Shown here: positions 1 to 11,574 of the stretch, piece after piece
Numbering within the stretch: position 1 is the first letter of the stretch
Layout: each line of letters begins with the position of its first letter
Source: the human T2T-CHM13v2.0 reference genome, Homo sapiens
Direction: 5' to 3' (one strand)
DNA length: 64,000 bases
NCBI RefSeq assembly: GCF_009914755.1
Contig: NC_060930.1
The notes under the pieces: model-generated
Database searches by the model: none
The model's input: only the letters and a program-made list of their open reading frames with translations
What the model was told of the DNA's origin: nothing
Translations under genes and position numbers: made by a program

Positions 1-559
1 TATATACATAGTATACATTAATATATGATACATATATAGTAAGAACACTAACCTATACATTAAAATCTTTAATTTGAGCTCAAGTTCTTCCTACCTGTAT
101 GACTTTGGGCAACTTACGTCAAATGAAGGGGTCATTAATTTCTAAGATCTTTTTTAATACCAAATTCTACAAATTTTTAATGTTAGACTAATTCAATACT
201 GAGACAAGGAAAATAAAATAATGGAAATAATATAAATTCATGCTTTAAAGTAGTCCTTAAAGGGAAAGCCAATAAATAAACACTCTCAGATTAAAAACAG
301 GTGATCTGTAAATGTATACAAGCCTGCCAGACACAAATTGCCTCTTTCCTCTCTTTCTCTTCCACGCTTTCCCACTTAGAGATCACCTAGTGGTCCACAA
401 CAGAGAACAATCTGATCCCACTGTCTCTTCCCCATCATCTCCCATCTTCTTTCTTCCCCATCAGAAAGATTACAAACCCTGGGCCAAGCCAATCAGCACA
501 CTAACTTCCCCTCAGTCAGAGCCTTAGATTCAATGGTTGGAAACAAGATCAGTGGATTC

Positions 560-875
560 AAGCACTGTAAACCTTAGAGCCTTATCAGGTGCAACCAGCA
601 GATAATTCACATTTCCTTAAGGGACTTGAACCTGGGATCTTGTTCGGTGGGAGCTGCCACAGCCATCGTGCCTCTATATGGAGCCTAAGAAGCTCCTGGA
701 ATACCCTAGAACTAAACTAAGCAGGCAGAGAAACATCATGTCTCAGTGGAATTACGTCAACTTCTAAATCAAGCTCCACCTGAACTGTAGTTAGGAGAGA
801 CAAATAAATTCACCTTTTGTTGCAACCAGTCTGGGTTACATTTTCTGCCAAGATGCAACCAAAGAAATGTCTAAT
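560..875 (+). mobile_element. Old MaLR LTR fragment (MLT1I/J/K/L-like)
   Basis: 3' end aataaattcaccttttgttgcaaccagtctgggttacattttctg...tgcaaccaaagaaatgtctaat resembles the MLT1 LTR terminus. Confidence 0.55.
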
Positions 876-904
876 CTTTAAACATTTGTGTACATTCATT
901 AACG

Positions 905-1098
905 AATCTTGACTCTACCAGTGACTCATATAGCCACTTGGGACAAGTTATTACTTAACCCCTCGAGGCCTTAGTTTGTAAAATGGAGATGATCCTCATC
1001 TTAAAGGATATTGTGAGGATTTAAAATTATGTAAAACACTGATCACAGGCCCTAGCAGGTCATGGGCTCTCAGTAAATTACAGCTCATATTGTTATTT
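905..1098 (+). mobile_element. MIR SINE
   Basis: ttgggacaagtta...cttagtttgtaaaatggagatgat...ttgtgaggattt core. Confidence 0.7.
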
Positions 1099-2341
1099 TT
1101 GCAATTGCTTTAGGAAAAGCTCTCTTCTCCAACATATAAGAAAATAAATGAACCTAATTATTGCTCATAAGAATAAAAGCAGTACTAGTAAAAAAGACAA
1201 GTTCCAGAATTTGGAGTCAAACTAGAAAAAGTAACTGTGAAGTTCTTGAAGATATACGAAAGTGCCCTCTCAGAGTCTCTCCATCACTACTTCTCCTCTA
1301 ACAGTGATCAGTCTCCTATTAAATCTTTCTTTAAACATTAGTGTCTAAATTAAGTACATATGGAAATATACTGATTTACAGTTCATTAATTCAATAAATT
1401 ATATATTTTATATTTAAGACAATATAGGTTATGCAGACTTTTATTTACAGTATCAAAAATATAGAGAACGTTGCTATTATCCCAAACTCCAGCTTCTGAT
1501 CTCATGATACAGCCAACTGTAATGGGTGAACATTAATTTTTACTTCTTGTTTTTTATTAGTCTCTGCCATAACCACGTCATTATGCCAATATTTTCTGAA
1601 TCACTAGTGAATGGCAAAAACAAATATAGCAGTTGTGATTTAATCAGAGACAACACTGTTGAAACAGCTAGCACAAGTAGACACATTTAGAATAGTAAAT
1701 GGATAACAAAAAACACTTACAGGCTCATTAATAAGAAGGCAATTAGGTCTTCTGGGAAAATTCATTTTCTAAAAGAATGCTAAAGCAAGCTATAAAATGC
1801 AAGTAAAATTGTGTTTTGACATGAATAGTGTACACTGTCTATTACATCATAATTTTTCTCTTGAGAAAACTGACAAGAATCTCTGTTCTTAAATATGAGC
1901 ACAAAAGATAATAAAAAGAACACCAGTTATATTTAATGCATTCTACCTACCAACTCCCATTCATTAAATTTGACTGTCCTATAAATGAGCTCCTTACTAC
2001 AAAGATCTTAAATTACACTTAGATTGAAAAGAGAATTATAAAGCAAGAGACTGCTCCTAGTAATGTCAGAGGGAATAGTATTTCCTGTATCAACATAACA
2101 TTATGCTAAAAATGATTTGCATATAGCATGTTTGGTTCCTTGAAGAGTATGTTTATCTTTAAATATTCTTATACAAAATATTCATAACCAAAACTAGTCT
2201 TACTTTTAGTCTCTTATGAAAATATTTTTTTTCAAAGTCATCTGAGCATTCTTTTAAAAAGCTTGTATAGTACTGTTGTTTTGATGTGTCTGGAATATTA
2301 AATAATAATCAAGTAAATATTGATCAGAAATATACTCCAGG

Positions 2342-2708
<367 letters not shown>

Positions 2709-2802
2709 TCAGGTTATCATTAATCCTTTTGCAATATTCTTGAAATTCTATGGTAAAGTTCATGTGACAATCTTTTTAAACTGAACTTTCTTTGTCCTAG
2801 AG

Positions 2803-2952
2803 CAGTGTTTCTCAGAATTAAATGTTCCATCAAATCACCTGGGGATTTCATCAAAATGCAGATTCTGATTCAGTAGATCTGGGGTGACTCTGATGATCAC
2901 AGATCATCACAAATTTCCAGATGATGCTAATTATATTGGTCCATGAACCACA
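2803..2952. mobile_element. MER5A1-like hAT-Charlie MITE
   Basis: cagtgtttctca...aatcacctggggat...aaaatgcagattctgattcagtagatctggggtg...ccagatgatgct. Confidence 0.75.
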
Positions 2953-3508
2953 AAATCCCAGGACACCTTGCAGTGAGGAATCCAATGACCATGAAGCAAT
3001 CAGTCATCAATCCCTGGGTGGGTAGTGAGGACCCTAGAAAGCCTTCCTCTCTACTCTTGAATTTACTGAATGACCTAAGAAAAATCACATCAAGGAACTG
3101 TTGCCAGTCTGTCACTTAAGCAGCTGCTAGGTCACCTCCACTATCCAACACGGATTAAGGGAATTTCTGTGGCTGGTCAGCTGCTGCCTTGAACAGCGCT
3201 TGGAGAATCGGCCTATGAGCAGCTGGTTAAGGAACAGGCTGCACTGGGAAGGGTTTATATTAATAGATACCAATCTGGAGAAAGATTTATTATTTTATCC
3301 TTAAAAGTATAACAGTATAGTATAGTATACAGTATAGATTATATACAGCTTATTTTCCACTTGTTTCTACATCTATGAAATAAAGTAGTGATCTATTTTC
3401 ACTACTCTTTCCAAAAATGTTAAGTATGGAGTTTTGATACCATCTCTAGATGCCCTTACCTTCTTTCTAACCTAAATGTTTCTACAACTAAGTCCTAGCA
3501 TTGTTAAG

Positions 3509-3509
<1 letters not shown>

Positions 3510-3540
<31 letters not shown>
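3510..3540. repeat. (TG)n microsatellite, ~15 units
   Basis: Uninterrupted TG run. Confidence 0.97.
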
Positions 3541-3542
<2 letters not shown>

Positions 3543-4808
3543 TCACACAGAGGACTACATACTTACATCTTTCACATTTCCCAACAAAATAAATACAAAC
3601 AATAACTCCACTACGCACTATTTTATTTTGCCTTGTTTCTGAATTCCCCTTATTAAAACAATTCCTAGAATGACACCTGTTGGAGGATTCAGCCAGCACT
3701 GCCCTGTTCATCATTTTCATTATCAGAGCTCAATAATCATATCAAGTGGAAACACGGATTATTCCATTTAGGACAACTTAATTTGATCCTAAAACAACTG
3801 TAAGTGACAAAATAAGCCACTTGTAATTTTTATGGATTATCAACACACGAAGGAGAATGCCAAAAATTTCAACCAGAGTTAAGTGGGGAAATGGCAATGT
3901 TCCACGAGAGGATCAATGTGATCCTTAGATCCCAGGCCCAGTGTTTTCCCAGAACCTCAACAATCTAAAAAAAACCTCACGAAACTAAGTTTTAAAATTA
4001 CATACACTTAGTTTTCATTATTAAAATATTAAATACAGATCAAAAGAATTCCCACAAGAATACAAAAGGAAAATAAACATACTTCCCACAACAGAATCTT
4101 CATGAAACTTTAAAAACCTTTTATGTGAAACTACGTTTCTTTAGGAGTATTTTCACAAAACACATTTGCACTAATGTGGAGTGTGAAGTTTACAAACTAT
4201 TCAGAGTTCACACTGATATCAAACATCATAACATTTTTTAAGTTTTCCAAGGCATAGTTGTATGTAACTTATCTCACTTATCTCAAAATATCAAGCAATG
4301 TGGTTCTGAAATTGTCTATCCCCATTTATAAAAGGGAACTTAAAGACTTCAGAAACAGCAACAAATAAATGTTCTGTGACATTAAAAGATTAGTTCATGG
4401 ATATGCAAGTTTGCTTTTTGCTTCAATTGAAATAAAAAATAGCCTGATTAATGTATTATTCACTTACTTTGTTATCAAATACTGTTTTAAGACCTATCAT
4501 GAATTGATGTCTTGTACTTTTTTTTTTCAGTACTATGACAAACAGCATGAGTTTTGATTAAAAAAACAAGTCATGTTCAAAAGCAATTACAACCTTTTTA
4601 GGCAAAAAGAAACACCATTTGAAGAAGGAACACAGACCAGATACATATGATCAAAGTGTAAAGACTGAGAGGAATACACAGAGGGAAATTTTTACATTGA
4701 CAGAACTAGAAAATGTGTTTGCGCAAAGGCAAAGGCTGATTTCAATAAACAAGTCAAAAATACCATAGGACTTTTTTCCTCTTCTAAAAATTAAGTAAAA
4801 GATCAAAA

Positions 4809-4852
4809 ACACATACACACACTCACACACACACATACACGTGCACACACAC
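4809..4852. repeat. Imperfect (CA)n
   Basis: Direct inspection. Confidence 0.85.
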
Positions 4853-6208
4853 AGAATCCCTGTGTTCTTTGTTTTGTCTTTAAGAACAATCTGTAAACTT
4901 TCTTGATGCTTCCTGCTCTCAATCTTCCAGCATCTCTCTTCCTGCACTCCATGAAAAGCAAGTAGGGGAAATGGGAGCAGCACAGATCCCTATTTAGCAT
5001 GATGTTCACTGTCTTTAATACCAGTTTGAGTAGACCTGGTATACTGCACTTTAAAAATATTAGTAGCCAACACACTTTTTCTATATGGAATCTTATCACA
5101 TGAATTAAATATTACCTTAAAGGCCAGAAAAACCTGTAACAAACCATCATTGCTAGAAATATGAGATTTGGTGGGAATGTTGGCATTAGCTTTGGTTAGT
5201 GGATGAGTCATATTTCCAGTTCTTAAGGACATGTACAGCACTAAAATATATTTGGCAAAAACAAAAGGGCTGTGATCTTGTGTATATATATGTGGGGCTC
5301 TGTTTTTGCTAGAAAAGAGTAGGAGGGAGTGTGGGAGGGGGCAGAGTGGCAGAGGGGTTGATTTATTTTTGAAATTCACTTTTATGAGCACAAAGAGAAG
5401 AGCTGTCAGCAGCACACATGCCAATGTCCAAACAGCAGCCAGACTCTCCTCTTTCCGTCTGGGTAGGCCAGACACAAAACTACATCTCACGACCTAGGAA
5501 AATCAAGAGTCAGATGCAAGAGAACTAGAGAGAGAAAAAAAAACAGTCCTGGAAATGTCCAGCTACATATGATTGCTAGTGATTAGAACGTGGAGTTTTA
5601 ATGAATTGAGGGATCGAGGGATATTTAGCCAATCAAAACCAAAAAAAACTAACAGGCAAACCTTAAAGCAAGCTGGCTCCAAAGTATCTTCCTAGCAGGT
5701 AATAAGTATAAGAGAAATTAATCTCACCTAAAGAGACAACAAGGAGTCAGATACTGCTCAGGTGCTGCTTAGATGAGTTACAGCATTCTAAGTGCACATC
5801 AACAGGGTGACATGTCAGGAACTATAGACAAAGCAGGATCTCGAGCTGTATTTCCAGGCTCCTATCATACAAGAGAGACAATAGTCCCTCTCTAGGTCAT
5901 TGATAAGACTGCATCTAGAAAGCTACATATTATTCTCAACACAGAGTTGAAAACCTGAACCAACAGTTAAACAAACAGCTAAAGAAACTGACTAAAAATA
6001 TTTTTTTCTGTAGTTAGAAATGCCAGGAATGTTAATAGTGACTCTTCCATGGGTCTAACTCAAGTAAGGATTTATACGAGGTAAGTTAAAAAAATTAAGG
6101 ATAATCGATCATTGTGCTGACAAAATTATGGTCTGGCCAATCTAGTATGTTTATGTTTAACAATAACTATGTTAAACAATAATTAAATGAATGACTGGCT
6201 GAGTGAAA

Positions 6209-6258
6209 ACACACACACACATGCACACACACACGTGCGCACACACACACTCACACAC
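6209..6258. repeat. Imperfect (CA)n
   Basis: Direct inspection. Confidence 0.85.
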
Positions 6259-6339
6259 AAATCCTGAACAGCCTGCACTTACTGGAGAGAGAATTTGGAA
6301 GGAGTAAAAAGCTGAGACTAAGGCACTTAATGATGATTA

Positions 6340-6520
6340 CACCCCAGATAGCTGCACAGTGCTTTACAATTTACAGTGCTAGTTCCCATAAATTACTTCA
6401 TTTAATCATAAAAAACATGTGGAAAGGTCAAGTTGGGTATTATTATCCCCATTTTACAGAGGAGAAAGCTGAGTTTCCAAGTCACCTTACCTGCATCTGG
6501 TTTCGTCAGTCATCTAAGTC
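6340..6520 (-). mobile_element. MIR SINE
   Basis: tattatccccattttacagaggagaaagctgag is the reverse MIR core. Confidence 0.7.
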
Positions 6521-8580
6521 CTTCTACAGAAAACTTTCTTACATTATATCAAGAGATCACAGCTATACAACCCAGTGAATAAACTTTAATACTTCTTTAT
6601 TCTTCTATGCCTCGGTTTCCTCAGATATGACATGGGTGTCATTTTAAGTGAGAGGTGAAACTGAAAGAATGTATGAGTTGGGATTTACAGAACGTTCTGG
6701 TTTTAAAGAGGCTCACAGTGCAGCAGTTTTACACTTTAACTGCAAAAGCTAAGAAAAAAGTCACAATAATGAAAACACTCTTACATTTTTGGTTTAAACA
6801 AAGAAAACTGAATAAGTATATGACACATCAAAGTCCCAACAATGCTCAGCCTTTCAAAATTTGCTTTTGAAGCTTACTACATTAGGAACCACATGATATC
6901 GGAAAGTAAACTGATCTTAATGAGTATGATTTGAAAGACATACTTCAGATATTTTTAAATTCTCAACATGAATTTGTCTTGGACTTTTAAAGTGGGTTTA
7001 TTTAAATTTCTCAAAAGGAATAAAAGTTCACTAGTTAAAGTAAAATATAAGAAAAACCAGCAATATGGAATACACCTCCAATCTTCAATACATCTCTAAT
7101 CTATGTCTGCAACAAATCTGACTGCCATAGAATTTTATGACAATAAAATATCAAATGATTTATGGTAGCCAGAAAAAAAAGGAAGTATTTACAAAACAAA
7201 CTTATAATTTGTGGAGAAAGGCAAATCCACAATCTGACTTTAAACTCTGGGAATAAAAGACATTCATTTCTGGGCATACATTCCTAAAGGGCAAAATCTT
7301 GAGATGCAATCCTGTGATTACTGTACTTTTTAGGAATGCACATTATATTAATTAAATATACAACATCATGTCAAATGTTATGCTTTGTCACTAAAGAAAA
7401 GCCAGGCATATTTAGTTAAAGTACTTAGAACTAGATATCTAAGAACACAATTGTTTATTGTACGTATCTAAACTCCAGGTATCAGAAAAGCTCATTTTCA
7501 CATTCAGCTGGAGGAAAAGTAGTATTTATTTGTTAATTAAAGGGTAAATAACATTTAAAAAGAGAAAAAGTTTTCTAACTGCTGAAAATATATCCATCGC
7601 TGTTGAGACATTAATAGTTGCAACTCTTGAATACATGTAAGTTTAATTATGCAACTGGTAGAGTTCAAACTTTCAATTAACAAACTACAAGCCTTTTCAA
7701 GCGTAGGCTCTCCGTGCAGTGACAAACACTGTGCAGAAATCAATACTCACTCCAACTTGCCTGCATATAATGAGTTACATCAAGCACGGTTTCAATGCTA
7801 ACGGGCATTATATGTCAGAAATGCATGCAGTAATGCTTACTCCAGAAAGAATTCAATTAAACCATTGGATTATTTTTTGCATAGAGCTGTTACCCTCTGC
7901 GTACATCAATTATATACAGGGCTTTTCCTCTGCGTGCTGCCATTTCATAATCTCTGCCTGAATGTACGACACATGCTGCCACCTGAATCTGTTGTTTAAC
8001 TCCCTTTACAGAGTTCTAAATGGGGCGGGGGTAGGAGAGCAATGGAAGGGAAATAAACGATTACTCCAGAAAACAACAATTTGAGTTTATTTCCAGGAAA
8101 CAGGGCCTCCACAACAACGTGAGAAACTGTCAGGTACAAAGTAAGTTATTTGCGTCCTGCGGCTTCAGCCAGGAGCGTGGCTGTCGCTTTTCCCGTCTTC
8201 TCCATCACCCTCTGGCCACCACTGCGTCTCCATCTGCACCGCGAACCCCAGCAGCAGATGCGCTCGCCAGCCAAGCGAAGCTGGGTAGGTTGGCCAGAAA
8301 AGTTGTCAGGACTGGCGGGAGGTAGACAAGTGCTCGGGAGCCCGCTCCCCAGCGTCCACCTGGTGAAACTTCAGAGCCCCCAGAGGAGAGAACGAAAGAA
8401 GCAACCAACCTACACGAAGGATAACAAAACTGGAGGGGAACAGAGGGCGGGACCGGGAGAGCCAGGGTTCACGGACTTCTCTGAGCGGCTTGACCGAGAA
8501 CCCCCAGGGCTACAGCGAGACGCTCCACTTGTCTCCTTTTGGGTTCTCCGGCAGAAGGCAGACATTTACAGTCCGCTTCC

Positions 8581-8648
8581 AGCCCCAGGCCGGATCCGGG
8601 GAGCGCGGGGCCAGAGCCCCAGGCCGGATCCGGGGAGCGCGGGGCCAG
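8581..8648. repeat. Perfect 2 x 34-bp tandem duplication
   Basis: AGCCCCAGGCCGGATCCGGGGAGCGCGGGGCCAG at 8581-8614 and 8615-8648. Confidence 0.97.
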
Positions 8649-9397
8649 CCTGGCGGTGGTTTTGCCCGAGGAGCGGGCTCCCACGCGCGAGTCAGGCTTC
8701 CTCCACCAGGCGCCCAGACCTCGATGCCCATGAACGCTCAGAGTGGGTCCTTAGAACCGCATTTCAACACATCTTACAGGGCTCCGCCAACACACACACA
8801 GAACATGCTCCAAGCAGTGCCCGAGCGCACAGGGCAAGCCCGGGAGCAACCCAGAGCTGGGGGAGGAGAAAAGGGGACTCCGGGAGGGACGGGGAAGTAG
8901 TTAGACAATAGTCAGGGGAGGTTATTCCCGGGACAAAAAGCACCTGGCAAAGCGCGCCGAGGTCAGTCCCTTCGAATCTCCACATTTCTGACAATGGCTT
9001 CCCAGGGAATTTGTTTAAACACCCAAGTGGCAGACAGCAACAAACCCGCACCACAAGCAACAGAGTGCCGTCACGGGAGTCGTAACTACTTTTTCTTTCT
9101 CTCTTCCCCACTAGCCCGGCGCAGGCCACGCGAGACGCCGAAGCCAGCAGGTCCCCACACTCTCCGGCTAGACCGTGCCAGCCTGAGCCCCGAGCAAGCT
9201 TCGGAGAGGAACAATGGGTGCCCCGCGTCCCACCTGGCACGAACTCTGGGGACAGCCCTCCCTCTACCCTGTGTTCCCCACCCCCGGACAGAGAGAGCTC
9301 CCCACGATCCTTGTCCCCAGCCCTAGCGGGGACCTGGCTCACCCCTCGTGAGCCCAGGACTCCAGGCGTTCGTCGGGGACGCCCCCCGGCCACTCAC

Positions 9398-9497
9398 CTG
9401 CGGAGAACTGGCCTTGGGCCGATCCCAGGAGAGGCCAAGGAGAGAGGAGCAAGAGCGCCACAAAAGCAGGCAGCGCCGCCGCCGCAGTCGTATCCAT
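9398..9497 (-). CDS. PTPRK: PTPRK coding exon 1 (signal peptide, residues 1-33 plus first base of Gly34)
   Basis: Reverse complement reads ATG GAT ACG ACT GCG GCG GCG GCG CTG CCT GCT TTT GTG...TTC TCC GCA G = MDTTAAAALPAFVALLLLSPWPLLGSAQGQFSA(G), which I recognise as the N-terminus of human RPTP-kappa. Strong Kozak (ggcATGG), hydrophobic signal peptide, phase-1 donor CAG|GTGAGT at 9398/9397. Confidence 0.97.
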
Positions 9498-9750
9498 GCC
9501 GAGTTTGGGAGAAGTTTCAAGCAGCTTTGCAAAGAGCTGCCGGGGGGATCGCCGCGAAATCCACGACGGAGGAGCGGGCCGGGCCTCGCGGGGTGAGGAC
9601 GGTGAGAGGACAGCCGCCCGCCCGCCCTTTTTCCTTCTTCGCGGTCGCCAAACTACCTCAGGGGCGAAAGCGTCGCCAGCGTCGCCGGCCGGCCGCGGCG
9701 GCAGCTCTCCATGCTCGGCGGAGGCTGCTCCTGTTAGTCAAGAGTTACTT
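9498..9750 (-). other. PTPRK: PTPRK 5' UTR part of exon 1 (TSS approximate)
   Basis: GC-rich sequence between the ATG and the GC-box/CRE cluster at 9767-9790. The exact TSS cannot be read from sequence. Confidence 0.7.
9653..9712 (-). CDS. Candidate upstream ORF in PTPRK leader, 19 aa MESCRRGRPATLATLSPLR
   Basis: ATG at 9712 in context gagcATGG, stop TAG at 9655-9653, out of frame with the main ATG. Translation not demonstrated. Confidence 0.5.
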   Translation of the reverse strand: MESCRRGRPATLATLSPLR

Positions 9751-9755
9751 TGCTC

Positions 9756-9790
9756 GGGGAGGGACGGGGGCGGAGCCGGGGGTGACGTCG
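9756..9790. promoter_or_regulatory. Core promoter elements: Sp/KLF GC box (GGGGCGGAGC 9767-9776) and CRE-like TGACGTCG (9783-9790)
   Basis: Direct motif matches just upstream of the leader; no TATA box seen. Confidence 0.7.
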
Positions 9791-11574
9791 CCCCGCGGGC
9801 TCCGGGCGCTTCTGAGGAATGCGGGCTCGGGCGCGGCGCCGCCACCGCCTCCTGCCGGAGAGACGCGCGCCAGCCCCGGCCGCGCGCCCCGCGCCGCCTT
9901 TGTTCGCAGCCTGGGCCCCGCCGCCAGCCGCTGCTCGGAGGGAGCGAGCGAGAAAGGGGAGCCGGCGCAGCTCGCTGCCCTGTTCCAGAACTCAGAATTT
10001 GAGAGGCGAGAGTTCGGTAAGCCGTGCGACCAGACGACCGAGGACGCGCGCAGAGAAACCCCCGCCGTCCGAGGAGAGGCGTCCTGGGGTTCCGTCCCAA
10101 GGTGGAGGTCCCCCCGAGCGGTTGCTGATTGAAAGGGGAGTGTGGAAGCGCCCTGAGGAAACACCCGCCTGCCTTGAAAACTCCCCGTTCCTTATTCTTG
10201 TAATAAGGAATAAGACACCCCACCCCCATCGAAAACTTGTCCCTTATTCATAGAATAAATAAAACTTGAACCAGAATAAACGATCAGTAACTTTCCAGCG
10301 TGAACAGCTGGCGTGTCTCCTTTCTGGTTTATTTGTCATTGGCCAAGTATTTGGATTTACTCTGCTTCACTGACTTTGCTTGTTGCTCTGAAACCCTCCG
10401 GCCCCTTTCCAGTTCTCACCTAAGAACTGCATCAGGGCTTATTATCCCTTCCTTGCACCTAGGTCTGGTGTGTGTGTGGTTTTGTTTTTTTTAATATCTA
10501 GTAGGTAGTTAAGACATAAGTATTTAACAAAAGGACTTTTACACTGACCATGAAAACAGCTTCTTCGGAATGATTCATCTGGCAGAAAATAATGCTATAT
10601 TATGACAGTAAAATATTTCACAGTTAACTACTTCAGCAGCTTGAAGTGGTTTCGCCATATGCCACCCTGCCTTACTTCTGTGGTAAGACTGTATGGTGCA
10701 TACTTTATTCATTTTTGTAAAATGTCACAAAAAATAGGTATGGTCACAATTGAATAACATAATAACTTTGATTCAGAATTTTTATGTGTTATGTACAATT
10801 GCTAAAACAATAGTCTGTTGATTGACATCTCTCAGTTTCTCAGACATCTTAGCCTTTGTAAATCAAGACAATGTGAAATTCATTTTAATATAACATTCAC
10901 ATAATTTACCAAGCCACATATTCTTTTAATCAAATATATGCTATTAATGACCAGACTTATGACAGAGCCTGTGGAAACAAAAATGTAATAAATATACACA
11001 CAAATATATACATATATAAATACATATTATACACACATACATATCAGGCAGAAAAGACTTTTAAAAATTCTATGAGAATAGTAGCCTGCTCATTAGCACA
11101 CTGACTAGCTCAACCCTTGTCAATTCAGTTCAGCATAGTTAAGTTCATCCTTCCTTAGGGTGCAATGTAGATTTTTTTTTTTTAACTCATTAACCTATAC
11201 CTTTCAACACACCATCACCATTCCATTTCTTTAATTAGAGAACATTCCTAGATCCCAGGTAACAAAAAACTGAGGGACATATTTTTCTTTTTGAGGACAG
11301 CAGAACTTCCTAAAATTTAGCAGCAATTTTTCCCAGTAAAAACAAACAAAACCCTACTGTCTGTATACTAATTCATCTGTTCTACTCTTGTAAGAAATGT
11401 AAAAGAAGTTCATGACGTGGTAATTTGTTTGTTTAAACACACAAACAAAAAACTTCTTTAAATATTTTCACACAGTGCCAGGACAAAGTGCACACAATTC
11501 TTACCTTGCCCATTTTGGGGGACAGCTGATAGAAGATTCATTTCATGAAACTTTATTAATTTCTCTATCATGGA

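Larger units (their letters stand above)
8140..10230. promoter_or_regulatory. CpG island spanning PTPRK promoter, exon 1 and proximal intron 1
   Basis: Abrupt rise in GC and CpG density against the CpG-depleted AT-rich flanks. Confidence 0.95.

Noticed and set aside
4990-5490. 166-aa minus-strand ORF in intron 1 with a hydrophobic stretch
   Set aside because: No recognisable homology or exon context; consistent with a chance ORF.
9650-9660. AAACTACCTCA, a let-7 / miR-196 seed-match on the plus strand
   Set aside because: On the PTPRK mRNA it is identical to, not complementary to, the miRNA; no pre-miRNA hairpin; short matches are expected by chance.
8119-10253. Many overlapping long ORFs (up to 304 aa) on both strands
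   Set aside because: Expected from stop-codon scarcity in a CpG island; products are R/P/G/A-rich with no domain. The true exon is in a frame the ORF track does not list.
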